Shown here: positions 51,826 through 64,000 of the stretch, in pieces
Numbering within the stretch: position 1 is the first letter of the stretch
Layout: every line of letters begins with the position of its first letter
NCBI RefSeq assembly: GCF_947568905.1
Contig: NC_079170.1
Coordinates: 14,198,001 to 14,262,000 of the forward strand
Reading direction: 5' to 3'
Origin: Ostrea edulis
Taxonomy: Eukaryota
DNA length: 64,000 nucleotides
The notes under the pieces: generated by a model
The model's database searches: none
Seen by the model: the letters and a program-made list of their open reading frames with translations, nothing else
What the model was told of the DNA's origin: nothing
Translations under genes and position numbers: made by a program

Positions 51826-53690
51826 GGCTGCTTTCAAGATCGTAGCTGGCTAGCCTAGAGGCAAGGTATAATGGCTGATTTGTGCCATTTTACAATGTGT
51901 TGTCTCTTCATTATTTTGAGGCGAAAAGTAGCTGATATTATCATTTTGTCTTTTCATTATTTGGGGACGAAAAGTATCGTTTTGCTGTCTTTTCGCCTCG
52001 AAATAACAAAAGACGATAAAGTGTAAAATGACACAAATCAGCCGCCATACCGACTTTTGGGGAACCCGTACCCAGGAGAACTCATACCCAGAAATTTGGG
52101 TACGAGTTCTCTCGGGTACGACTTCTCCAGGAGAACTCATACACGAGTACGAGTTCTTCAAGAGAAGTCTTACCCATTAATATCTGAGGTAGTCTAGAAC
52201 ATATATAAATGTGGGTACGAGTTCTCCTCAAGAAAAACTTGTCAACTGTATTATAAAAATCTGGGTACCAGTTCTCCCGGAGAAAAAACTTTGTCATGTT
52301 ATCGGATAAATCTGGGTACGAGTTCTCCTGCAGAAACGAAGTTTGTCATTTCTGCCATAAAAATCTGGGTACGAGTTCTCCTGGTGAAAAACTTCGTCAT
52401 TTTGTCATATAGATCTGGGTACGAGTTCTCCACCATATGCCGGAGAATAGAGGTACGCTATAAAAATACAATGTCACAGGTTTAAAATTGGTTTTTAATT
52501 GCAATAAATATACTAATTATCGTCTCAAGACAAACAGCAATTCAAATGAAAAAAAAAACAAACTAACAAGTAAGATCATTGTATTTACATTTTTCTAATT
52601 CAATTGAAAGGCATGTTCATAGTGAATTATGTATAATGTATGAAATCCTCGATTTTTTCAAGGCGAAATTTTTACCCAGATTGCAATACCTAAAATGATA
52701 CAATTCGTAATGAGATAAACTCGTATCAAAATTTTGATTACTATATGTAATATAATGACAAACCTTTTCTCCGGGAGAACTCTTACCAGAATTCATATGA
52801 CAAAAAGACATAGTTTCCCTTCAAGAGAATTGTTGTGTAACACGAATATTTTTACGTACGAATTACTCAGAAGTAGAACTTTTCATGAGTTACTGCCCTT
52901 GTCTTAAACTCTCCAGTTAGTACAATCAGATTTGTCAGTCGACATAGATGCTCAGTGACAGAAGTTTCCACGCGCACTACATACGGCAAAGATGCCACCA
53001 CACCTTGTACAGAGTACAACCCCTTATCGTATCCTGTAGTCCCACAGTGTAAGTTTTTATTATATTTTCATTTATTTATGACATGCAGTATTTATCTGTT
53101 TGGATGTAAGTGCAGGTAAACAATGTACCTGTTTGGCGGGAAATAGTTCGTGCATAGTCAACCATTGTTTATGAGATATATGTAGTAAAAGTAATCATTT
53201 CCTTTTATTCGATATTACTTTATAGTCATACTAGTATTTATATTTTTTGAATACTGCATAATTAATTGGTATAATGTGAAGTTAATTGTTTATACAAATT
53301 TTCATATTCTTAAAATACTAATTATTTGTCAATCGTGAGTGAATACCTTTATTGTAAGTTATTCTGAATTTCTTTATGTAATTGTGTATTTATTTTTGTT
53401 ACAGCTTTTTACTATTAATTGAATAAACTGACGTACAGGAACCTAGTCTTTCGTGTCAGTACAAGAATCCATTTAAGAAAATGATTAATTTTTTTTTCTC
53501 CAGGAGAACTCGTACCCAGATTTATCAGGTAATATGGCAAAGTTTTTCTCCAGGAGAACCCGTACCCAGATAATTGATGGTACTTCTCTTGGAGAACTCG
53601 TAATTTCTCGGTACGAGTTCTCCTGGGTACGGGTTATTATTGGTACGAATTATCCTGATACCGCCATACCTAGCCATCTTGAACGCAGCC
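51826..53690. mobile_element. Second ggctgcgttcaaga MITE (reverse orientation), interrupted by a 1.6-kb insertion
   Basis: 51826-52051 matches the reverse complement of 46967-47244; the right TIR tcttgaacgcagcc ends at 53690. Confidence 0.8.
52052..53660. mobile_element. Foldback-type DNA transposon with ctgggtacgagttctcc subrepeats
   Basis: Subrepeats at 52060-52430 and their inverse at 53495-53655; ccgccatacc duplicated at 52042-52051 and 53661-53670. Confidence 0.75.
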
Positions 53691-54094
53691 AATAGTATGG
53701 TCAAAGTATAGTGACACTAAGACATCGATATTTAGAAAATCAATCAACAACCCAGAACAGGAAGTCATCTACTTAGGTACTTTGGCATTTAGTTTGCATG
53801 TTATATTTGTAGATATCTTTAAGGGAGTTACGTGTATTTACATCAACATTGAAAACGAAAGTAGACGCATAGGTCTCTTTGGTCTTCCAGCCCTCTTTGT
53901 ATCATGCACCGAATATACCCACCTCAGTTAATGATTATCATTACACCTTTTTCTTGGTTTTAGCCTCATTTTAGTTTTTGAAATAACTGTGTAGTTAATA
54001 GCTATATTCAGGTATCAACGGAATGTATATCTTCTTGAGGTTAGATGCCTTCATTAACCTTTACTGTTACTTTCATTAACGTTAATTACTTACA

Positions 54095-57000
54095 AGATTA
54101 ACACACATGACAACAAACTGTATACGTACATAGATGTCTGTATTAACACATAAAACACTTACATACACATACTGTATCTATTGTAGTGTGTTAGTCTGTA
54201 TTAACACATTAAACTACCACATACACAGACTGTATCTATTTTAGTGTGTCCGTCTGTATTAAGACATAAACAGCCACACACACAGACTGTATCTATTGTA
54301 GTGTGTTAGTCTGTATTAACACATAAAACAACCACATACACAGACTGTATCTATTGTAGTGTGTCAGTCTGTATTAACATATACAACAACCACATACACA
54401 GACTGTATCTATTGTAGTGTGTCAATCTGTATTAACACATAAAACAGCCAATACACAGACTGTATCTATTGTAGTGTGTTAGTCTGTTTGAACACATCAA
54501 CAACCACATACACAGACTGTATCTATTGTAGTGTTAGTCTGTATTAACACATAAAACAACCACATACACAGACTGTATCTATTGTTGTGTGTTAGTCTGT
54601 ATTAACACATTAAACAACCACACATAGAAACTGTATCTATTGTAGTGTGTGAGTGTGTATTAACACATAAAACAACCACACACAGCGACTGTATCTATTG
54701 TAGTGTGTGAGTGTGTATTAACACATAAAACAACCACATACACAGACTGTATCTATTGTAGTGTGTTAGTCTGTATTAACTCATAACACAACCACATACA
54801 CAGACTGTATCTATTGTAGTGTTAGTCTGTATTAACTCATAAAACAACCACATACACAGACTGTATCTATTGTAGTGTGTTAGTCTGTATTAACACATAA
54901 AACAACCACATACACAGACTGTATCTATTGTAGTGTGTTAGTCTGTATTAACACATTAAACAACCACACATAGAAACTGTATCTATTGTAGTGTGTGAGT
55001 GTGTATTAACACATAAAACAACCACACACAGCGACTGTATCTATTGTAGTGTGTGAGTGTGTATTAACACATAAAACAACCACATACACAGACTGTATCT
55101 ATTGTAGTGTTAGTCTGTATTAACTCATAAAACAACCACATACATAGACTGTATCTATTGTAGTGTCAGTCTGTATTAACACATAAAACAACCACATACA
55201 CAGACTGTATCTATTGTAGTGTGTCAGTCTGTATTAACACATAAAACAACCACATACACAGACTGTATCTATTGTAGTGTGTTAGTCTGTATTAACTCAT
55301 AAAACAACCACATACACAGACTGTATCTATTGTAGTGTGTTAATCTGTATTAACACATAAAACAACCACATACACAGACTGTATCTATTGTAGTGTGTGA
55401 GTGTGTATTAACACATAAAACAACCACATACACAGACTGTATCTATTGTAGTGTATTAGTCTGTATTAACACATTAAACTACCACATACACAGACTGCAT
55501 CTATTGTAGTGTTAGTCTGTATTAACACATAAAGCAACCACACACACAGACTGTATCTATTGTAGTGTGTTAGTCTGTATTAACACATAAAACAACCACA
55601 CACACAGACTGTATCTATTATAATGTGTTAGTCTGTATTAACACATAAAACAACCACATACACAGACTACATCTATTGTAGTGTGTCAGTCTGTATTAAT
55701 GCATAAAACAACCACATACACAGACTGTATCTATTGTAGTGTGTTAGTCTGTATTAACACATAAAACAACCACATACACAGACTGTATCTATTGTAGTGT
55801 GTTAGTCTGTATTAACACATAAAACAACAACACACACAGACTGTATCTATTGTAGTGTGTTAGTCTGTATTAACACATAAAACAACCACATACACAGACT
55901 GTATCTATTGTAGTGTGTGAGTCTGTATTAACACATAAAACAACCACATACACAGACTGTATCTATTGTAGTGTGTCAGTCTGTATTAACACATAAAACA
56001 ACCACATACACAGACTGTATCTATTGTAGTGTGTCAGTCTGTATTAACACATAAAACAACCACATACCCAGACTGTATCTATTGTAGTGTGTCAGTCTGT
56101 ATTAACACATAAAACAACCACATACACAGACTGTATCTATTGTAGTGTGTTAGTCTGTATTAACACATAAAACAACCACATACACAGACTGTATCTATTG
56201 TAGTGTGTTAAACTGTATTAACACATAAAACAACCACATACACAGACTGCATCTATTGTAGTGTTAGTCTGTATTAACACATAAAACAACCACACACACA
56301 TACTGTATCTATTGTAGTGTGTTAGTCTGTATTAACACATAAAACAACCACACACACAGACTGTATCTATTATAATGTGTTAGTCTGTATTAACACATAA
56401 AACAACCACATACACAGACTGCATCTATTGTAGTGTGTCAGTCTGTATTAATGCATAAAACAACCACATACACAGACTGTATCTATTGTAGTGTGTTAGT
56501 CTGTATTAACACATAAAACAACCACACACACAGACTGTATCTATTGTAGTGTGTTAGTCTGTATTAACACATAAAACAACCACATACACAGACTGTATTT
56601 ACTGTAGTGAGTTAGTCTGTATTAACACATAAAACAACCACACACACAGACTGTATCTATTGTAGTGTGTTAGTCTGTATTAACACATAAAACAACCACA
56701 CATACAGATTGTATCTATTGTAGTGTGTTAGTCTGTATTAACACATAAAACAACTACACATACACAGACTGTATCTGTTGTAGTGTGTTAGTCTGTATTA
56801 ACACATAAAACAACCACATACACAGACTGTATCTATTGTAGTGTGTCAGTCTGTATTAACACATCAACAACCACATACACAGACTGTATCTATTGCAGTG
56901 TGTTAGTCTGTATTAACACATAAAACAACCACATACACAGACTGTATCTATTGTAGTGTGTTAGTCTGTATTAACACATAAAACAACCACATACACAGAC

Positions 57001-57250
57001 TGTATCTATTGTAGTGTTAGTCTGTATTAACACATAAAACAACCACATACACAGACTGTATCTATTGTAGTATGTTAGTCTGTATTAACACATAAAACAA
57101 CCACATACCCAGACTGTATCTATTGTAGTATGTTAGTCTGTATTAACACATAAAACAACCACATACACAGACTGTATCTATTGTAGTGTGTTAGTCTCTA
57201 TTAACACATAAATAACCACACACACAGCCTGTATCTATTACTGTGTGTTA
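54095..57250. repeat. 58-bp tandem satellite, ~54 units
   Basis: Unit gtctgtattaacacataaaacaaccacatacacagactgtatctattgtagtgtgtta, with occasional 56-bp variants. Confidence 0.97.
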
Positions 57251-58734
57251 TGTTTCTATACAGTGATAAATCTTATGAGTGCGGTGCTTATAGTTTCCAT
57301 ATATTTAATTCTGAGGTAGCAGAAAGATTTACAATACGTATATTGCACAATAACACCCCCTCCTCCTGCCTTGCGTAAACGTTAGGTGAACTTTCCTTGA
57401 CATTCATTAGCATCATACATAATTTAACTCCATGGCTTCTTGATTCAATGACCTTATTGTAAATTAACCCAATTAAGATATTTTGTATTTCTGCGTAGAG
57501 TTTAGAAATTTTATTTTATTTTTAATTTTACGTCCTAAAGAGAAATTCAGATAATTAATGGTAAATGCTCGTCAAGGTCACTCATATGAACATCAAAATG
57601 TCTCCTTAACACGGAAGATTTCAAATTATTCGTTTTAAGGGCCCAACACGCGAAGTAATGTTTCTGGCACGATTTACGACAGTCCCCTCCGTAGCAGGAT
57701 ATCAAGGCTCTGACGGCGTAGGCCACAATTCTGCTGACGGCTTCTACAGTGTTGACCAAAAATTTGTGTTCTGTCCTGCATGATAAGTTTGTCACTAGAT
57801 ATTCTTACTGTTTTGAGCAGTTTGAATACTTCCAATTCAACGTCACTGTACTTCGCGCTCTTGACATTTGGCCTACATTTTGTACCTCTTCTTTAGAACC
57901 AAAATTTAGGAAATGTTTTAGCTTAAATTTTTTGTAATGAACAGTTACATGGATGGTTTCCGAATGATTTGTGTACACGTTTTAAAACGTCATATCATCC
58001 AGCCAGACTTTAGTCTTATTTATTTGTTTTAACTAGTATTTAGTCTTCGTAATATGTTACCCCTGCTTTGAAGAAAGGCTAAATACGCACAACCCCTGAC
58101 AGATTAGGGGGGGGGGGGGCATTATCTGAAACACTAATCATCCGTGAGTATCAACTTGGTTTAATCTGTTAAGCGTAATTAATGGGCTCTTCTAGGATAC
58201 CAAATTGACCAGATGCAGATTACTTACATTATAGTATCGAAAATTGAATATTTTCCCAAAACCAAAGATCTCACTCATATGAAATAATTAGCAATTTAAT
58301 TTCTTTTATAAATTAATTTAGGATTAATAAGTGATTGAAATAGCAAATTCATCATTCCTCTTTCTAATGAAACCATTTTTGCTGAAATATCTTGATTTTC
58401 TACAAAGTTATTTCAATTTAAAAAGTACCACACGCGCCTCATATTTCACTGATGAAATAGGCAGAAATCCCGATAGTCCCAAGGGGAAGTAAATCACCAA
58501 TTACGTCAGTTTTGCTCCGATCGCTATGTACATGGGGTATACTATTGATGAATGAAACGGGCACCTGCTGTGCAAATTTAACATTTTTAATGGAGATTTA
58601 GTTGTCTTCAATTGCAAATGAGTTCTGATAAGATCAATATGCCTATCATACGTCATTCATTAATTACATTTCTGTAAAATATTACTTCAAGAAGTGTTCA
58701 CTTGCTATGTTCCGAAATTGTAGACGGAGTTGTC

Positions 58735-60140
58735 ATGGCTCGGTCTCAGGCCCAGGACGTCATCCGATGTCAGTACTGTGAGGAGGAGCCTGCTCTGTTT
58801 CAATGTGTTCCCTGTGGAGATGAACTCTGTCCTCGCTGTAAAAAGTTTCATCTTAAGAGCAAGGTTCCCTCGGGACATAATGTCGTACCGATATCCGAGA
58901 AACTCCACCCCACTAACGTGGTAGAAATGTGTGAAAGTCACCCGTCCAAACCATACGATGCTTGTTGTGAAGATTGCCAAGTTCCGGTCTGCATTTTAAG
59001 CATTCAAGAAATTCACAATACACACAGAATTGGAAAAATGCTGGATATGTACGAAAAACAAAAGGCTGAAGCTATGAAAGAGCTCTCTGAAATGAAAACG
59101 CAGAAGAGAGCACATGTTATAGAAAGGATTCAAGATGTTGAAGATGGAGAATCACAGGTGAAGAACAGCCACAAACATAGGAGTTGGGAAATGAAAAGAC
59201 AAGCCAAAGATTTTACGGATCATATCAACGCCATGTTACATGAATATCTAGGTGAGTCTGCGTCAAATGCGAAAAGTCAATTAGAAGAATTATCACTATA
59301 TAAAGCCGCGTTAGAAGAATATAAACAAAATCTAGAACATGTCATTGAAAAACTAGAAATCCTCACAGAATCAAGACCTCCCGCTAACTTTATCTTGTAC
59401 CGGAAACAAAATCCTGAATTGGTCAAGCAGTTAAAATCTCCAGACAGACTGGTGACCGCTGATCCCACATTCAAGCCCGGCCAGTTAAACAAAGAACAGA
59501 ACAAGACACAGTTTGGACATATGACCAAATTCAGCTTATGCGAGTGGTGACAGATGATAGGACACAATGTGCACAGCTGACTGGAAGAAAACAGAAAAGA
59601 AGAAAAGTCAAAATGCCGGCGTCTGCAAACAGTACATTATTGCCCAAAATAATATTACAACGACCAGTGAAGCTGAGTCATTTAAAACTTGACAAGAAAG
59701 ATTTACGTCACGTGACGTGCATTAGTGATGACAGAGCGTACATCAGGGAGGCTTGTTCTGGGATACTTTTGATTGACAGGCCAAGGCCACACCTCGACAC
59801 CATCAATACTCCTGAAGTAACGCCTGTCCAGCTGGCTGTGATGAAGGATGGAAGTCTGATTTATTATGTCTACGATGATCGTACCATCTACCGAATGTCT
59901 CCCAATAAACAGACAACTAAAGTTGTAAACATTTCGGGCTAAGTTTCCGGTCTGTGTTGTACCAGGTCGGGAGAAATCCTGGTCACTTTGTATAGTGCTA
60001 TACCCCGTTGTGATTTTGTAGAAACATATACAATTACAGTGGCCCGGTGCAGTGGTAGCGGATGGGATCGCTGTTGACCAGTCCGACAACCTTTGGCTGA
60101 CAGAATGTGACAATGTCAAAGTGTACCAGCATCTGACGAA
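58735..60140 (+). pseudogene. Intronless TRIM-like (B-box1, B-box2, coiled coil, NHL-type beta-propeller) pseudogene
   Basis: MARSQAQDVIRCQYC..CVPC..CPRC..H..H (B-box1) and CESH..CEDC..C..H..H (B-box2), then a coiled coil. Lesions: frameshift near 59540; in-frame TAA at 59940-59942 followed by VSGLCCTRSGEILV; and, after a deletion, the last blade GIAVDQSDNLWLTECDNVKVYQ. Confidence 0.8.
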
Positions 60141-60385
60141 AATTGATCTTAATTTATCATGCTATCTTGCTATCTATACAGATATATGCAGCATTATATA
60201 CTGTTAGTAGCCTTGCATAATCTGTTCAAAGAATGTACATTCATTTTATTCCCAGGCGGAAACCCTGTATGTAATCATAGCATGTACTACTACCCCTCCC
60301 CTTTACCCAGGGTTATTGTTCTTTGCACATATATCTGTGATTGTAACAATAACGCTGGGTGGAAATTGGCAATGTAGGCCTACAT

Positions 60386-60580
60386 ATGGGGCGGTCCTTC
60401 GGATAAGACCGCAACAACTGAGGCTCCGTGTCACAACAAGTGTGACACAATAACGATCCCTCCCTGCTAAAAGGCCGCAAGCCTAAATTTTGCAGCCCTT
60501 CACTGGCAATGGTGATGTCTCCGTATGATCGAAAACATTCTCCAGAGGGATGTAAAACAATATACATGTACAATCAATCT
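60386..60580 (+). mobile_element. SINE, 5'-truncated
   Basis: atggggcggtccttcggataagaccgc..gcctaaattttgcagcccttcac..caatcaatc. Confidence 0.8.
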
Positions 60581-63552
60581 TCATGTTTGTCTCGCTTTTG
60601 TGCGCTCTTGTTTTTAAGCAGTCATGTACGTTTTTTTTTTTCTTCTTCTAGATCTATACTGTTCAATACATTCTATAGATCAATGTAAGGGGATGCATTT
60701 GATATGTATGACAACTTGGGAAGTACCTGTCCCCCACTTTTTTTGACAACGATCATTATTTGTTATGTATAATTTCTAGATATGACTGATAACAAAGATG
60801 CATTGCATTTTAAGAATAGCGGAATTCAGAAGAAATGACGAATATATTGTCCCGTTTTATACGGATTAAGGGGGGCACTACTGCCAGATAAGACGAAGTT
60901 CCAGTTTAAAGGCGAACCTTTGACCGAACACAATCCGCATACAACAAAATTGATATACATATCATGTATTTTGATAAAGTAAATTTGAAAATTTGCCTCA
61001 CTAGACAGATGTATTATCACGAGTATTTATATAATGCTTATTGATGTTAATCTTCATAATCTTGACATTGTTATGTTTTAATGATAATACTATTAAACAC
61101 ATGTATGACCTCCCATGGATTGTGGTTTGATATGATTTATAGTCAACGATATATGTGTTTTCTATCCCCGAGTCTTGACGAGGGGATATAAAACACACGA
61201 AGATTGAATATAAATCATATCAAACCACAAACCTTGGAGAATTCTTTTTATCACATGTTAACCCCCACCCACCCGGTTATTGATTTACGATATTGTATTG
61301 TTGGGGAGTTTGCTATCTGACATTTTTTAAACGACTACCTGGGTACGACTTCTCAATTCACATCAATTTATTCGCTCAAACCATGTTAAACGGTACATGG
61401 GGTACAAGCAATATAATACATGTAAGGAAAATCGTCAGAGGTTCATATATGGAACAATACAACTTCTTAGGGGAACATAATGTACTCTGTATGTATAAAT
61501 AAACATAATAGTAATATGTTTAGGAGGTAGCAGAAGAACAATTACGAAGAACAGACAATCTCAAAAATATGAGAAATAAAAACAGATATTTCTTAATATT
61601 TTCATATCTTAAGTTGATAACAAATTAGAAAACTTCAGAATATTTGGTCTTCCATAAAAAAAAAATGTCTAGATGTATTTTGCCTTAATTGTAAAAAAAG
61701 TTGGACACTGTAGAATTAAATGGAATTCATCTCCTATTTCTCCTTTATTACAGAATGTACATACGATTCTGGGAAATACCATACCATATTCCTGTCTATA
61801 TGGGTAAACGGTGATTTGAAGTGCCAAAAAGGTGTTGCATGTCTCATGTTAATTTCCCTAAAGGTGTTCCATGAAAAATCGAAAAAATTAAGTTATTCAA
61901 ATATATGATAGAACCAATTGGAACGTGTCTCTTGATTCAATATTTTTTTCAAAAATAAGTTTAAAAGACGTGTATTGACAAAATTAGCCAACATATTTCG
62001 AGTTTAAATCAAGCAATAAGTGATTTATATGATTTTTAGCGTTAAAATGGAGGGGTATCCCAGAATTTCAGAAAAAACTGCCTCCGTGAAACAAAGTAAA
62101 TTTAGCATGAACATGTTCTTCGAGTTTTCTTGTAAAACACTGTCGCTTTGAAATTTTGTTTCACGAGGGCATTTTTTATAAATTTAAAAAAATCGAAACG
62201 ACTTCACTGGTATTATTTTCAACTGCACCTGTACGTTAATTTTCCTTAGTAATATATGGTCTACTGCGTGGTCCAGTGGGTAAAGTCGTCGATTCTTATA
62301 TGTAAAGATGTTTTCTATTTTTAAAACGACCGGGTTCGACTCCCTCACGAACACATTTTTTTTTTCATATTACGTTTTCCATCTAGATTTTTTTTTCTTA
62401 ATAGAAACACGCTTCTAGTTTTTATATATGTTTCATGTTAAGTCTTTGTTTATTACCATGTGCCGAGTTTGAAATAAGCTTCGAACCTGGACACTGTTTA
62501 GTTTGTGAATAGGACTCTCAACAAGCACACCGAATACAGAATGCAATACCTGGCTGTGTATTAATGGTCAAAGTTGCTAACGAGAACTTGTATGTTTTTC
62601 TGAATGAAAGTTGTTGACAAAGGCATGGTGCCTTTTACGAAAAACCGTTGTGAACTATGCAAAGCTTTGGAAGAAAAACTTTAAGGCCAAACAAGGTAAA
62701 TAACCGTTAAACAGTTTGGGTTTATTTGTATTCCAGTAGCAAATTGCTATATTGAATCAATTTTTACAGGTACATGCACTTCGAATAATGTTGAACTTTA
62801 TTAATGCGTATTAAATTCCCATATTTTGTTTTGTGGTCAGAGTCATGTACAGTTGCCAATTGTTGGTTGTAAAAAATAATACATACGAGTATAAGAGCTT
62901 CTGGACTGTAGTAGTATAGAATATCAAATATTTGATACACTTGTAACATGTAAACGTATACATTGTATCTGATACTCAGAAAAAAGAAGACAATTTAATT
63001 TTCACGATTTCAAAAATTATCTTTAGACTACATGTATAATGTATTGACACATAAAATGTATTAGGCTTGTCCCTGGTACTGGGGTATCCTTCAAGTATTT
63101 AAATGGCAAATACACAATGAGTATAAATATGAATGAAGATCCGTTCTACGTCACGAGTGCTGGCACAGAGTTCCGATTAGGAAAAATTCCCGCTTCGGTG
63201 CAACACCGGTACGAGTTTTCTTAGGTTCGAGTTGTATCTTGGGTACGGGTTCTCCAGAGGTCCCTGAATCCAGTGGTCAAAGATTTTAAAATGATGGTAG
63301 AGGCATGCCTGGTTATCATGGTAAATGCACCTAAATGACTGGTTCTGCACATGCCCTAATTCGCTCCATACAAGACATTGATTAGCAATGGCGGATCTAG
63401 ACCTAAATGGAGGGGGGGGGGGGGGGTTGAGGCCCAACGGAACGAAGGGGGCGTGGGAGGGGGTTATCCCCCTCCCATTTAAAATTATTTAATTAAAATG
63501 GTGCATTTTAATGCATTTTCGACTGAAATTCTTGTTCCTTCTTCCGTTAATT

Positions 63553-63611
63553 TATAGAGGGCGAAGCCCTACCACGGCCCGAAGGGCCGTGAGAGCGGAG
63601 CTCTCCCTATA
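63553..63611. repeat. Triple-hairpin terminal motif of a probable repetitive element
   Basis: agggc-gaa-gccct, acggccc-gaa-gggccgt and gagagc-gga-gctctc, enclosed by tatag/ctata. Confidence 0.65.
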
Positions 63612-64000
63612 GGTAACACGTATATACATGTTTAAAAGGAAAATATAGGAAAATAATGAAAAATTAAACCATACCTATGGACCTTGAAAAGTTTGGTACT
63701 AATGGCGTCGATTCGAATATTAGCGCGTGGACATGTATTCCTCCATTTTGAATCTCGTCTACCCTAGTTCACGTCGTTCTGAGATGTTAGACATAAAATC
63801 CGTAAAAGCATGTAAATCTTATTTTCTTAATCATATATAATCACTCCACGATTAACGCTAAATAACGACGCTGAATATGACGTCACAATGTACTGTTTAC
63901 ATCAATTGCGTTATATTTCCCGCGTTCAATATATAGGCGGATCAAATGTCCAAAATTAGGATGCTTTGATACAGCTCCGTCCACGTGCTAACTTCGAGTT

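Noticed and set aside
54095-57250. CRISPR-like regular array
   Set aside because: Head-to-tail near-identical units with no unique spacers, no cas genes and a eukaryotic context; this is a satellite.

Overview
AT-rich animal genomic DNA with spliceosomal introns. The repeat families and gene types point to a bivalve, probably an oyster (inference). The window holds four intact 3-exon genes for secreted chitin-binding (CBM14/peritrophin-A-like) proteins. Three are close paralogs in a minus-strand tandem array (3846-5204, 10247-11652, 19571-20963). One diverged plus-strand paralog (43239-45121) lies head-to-head about 22 kb away. The first ~1.5 kb is paralogous upstream sequence, implying a further copy just left of the window. 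An intronless B-box/coiled-coil/NHL TRIM-like pseudogene lies at about 58735-60140. The rest is mobile and repetitive DNA: Penelope-like, RTE, Harbinger and RecQ-like relics, eight copies of one SINE, several MITE/foldback elements, a 58-bp satellite and smaller minisatellites. Most supplied ORFs are spurious or off-frame views of these exons and repeats. I cannot demonstrate a wholly new biological system. The best leads are: (i) paired cysteine loss in the chitin-binding domains of the expanded, recombining paralogs; (ii) a SINE with a fixed, structured, not obviously tRNA-like 5' head (possible self-processing RNA); (iii) an element end built from three GNA-loop DNA mini-hairpins; and (iv) inverted RecQ-like helicase relics. 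All alignments and folds were done by eye; no database searches were run.
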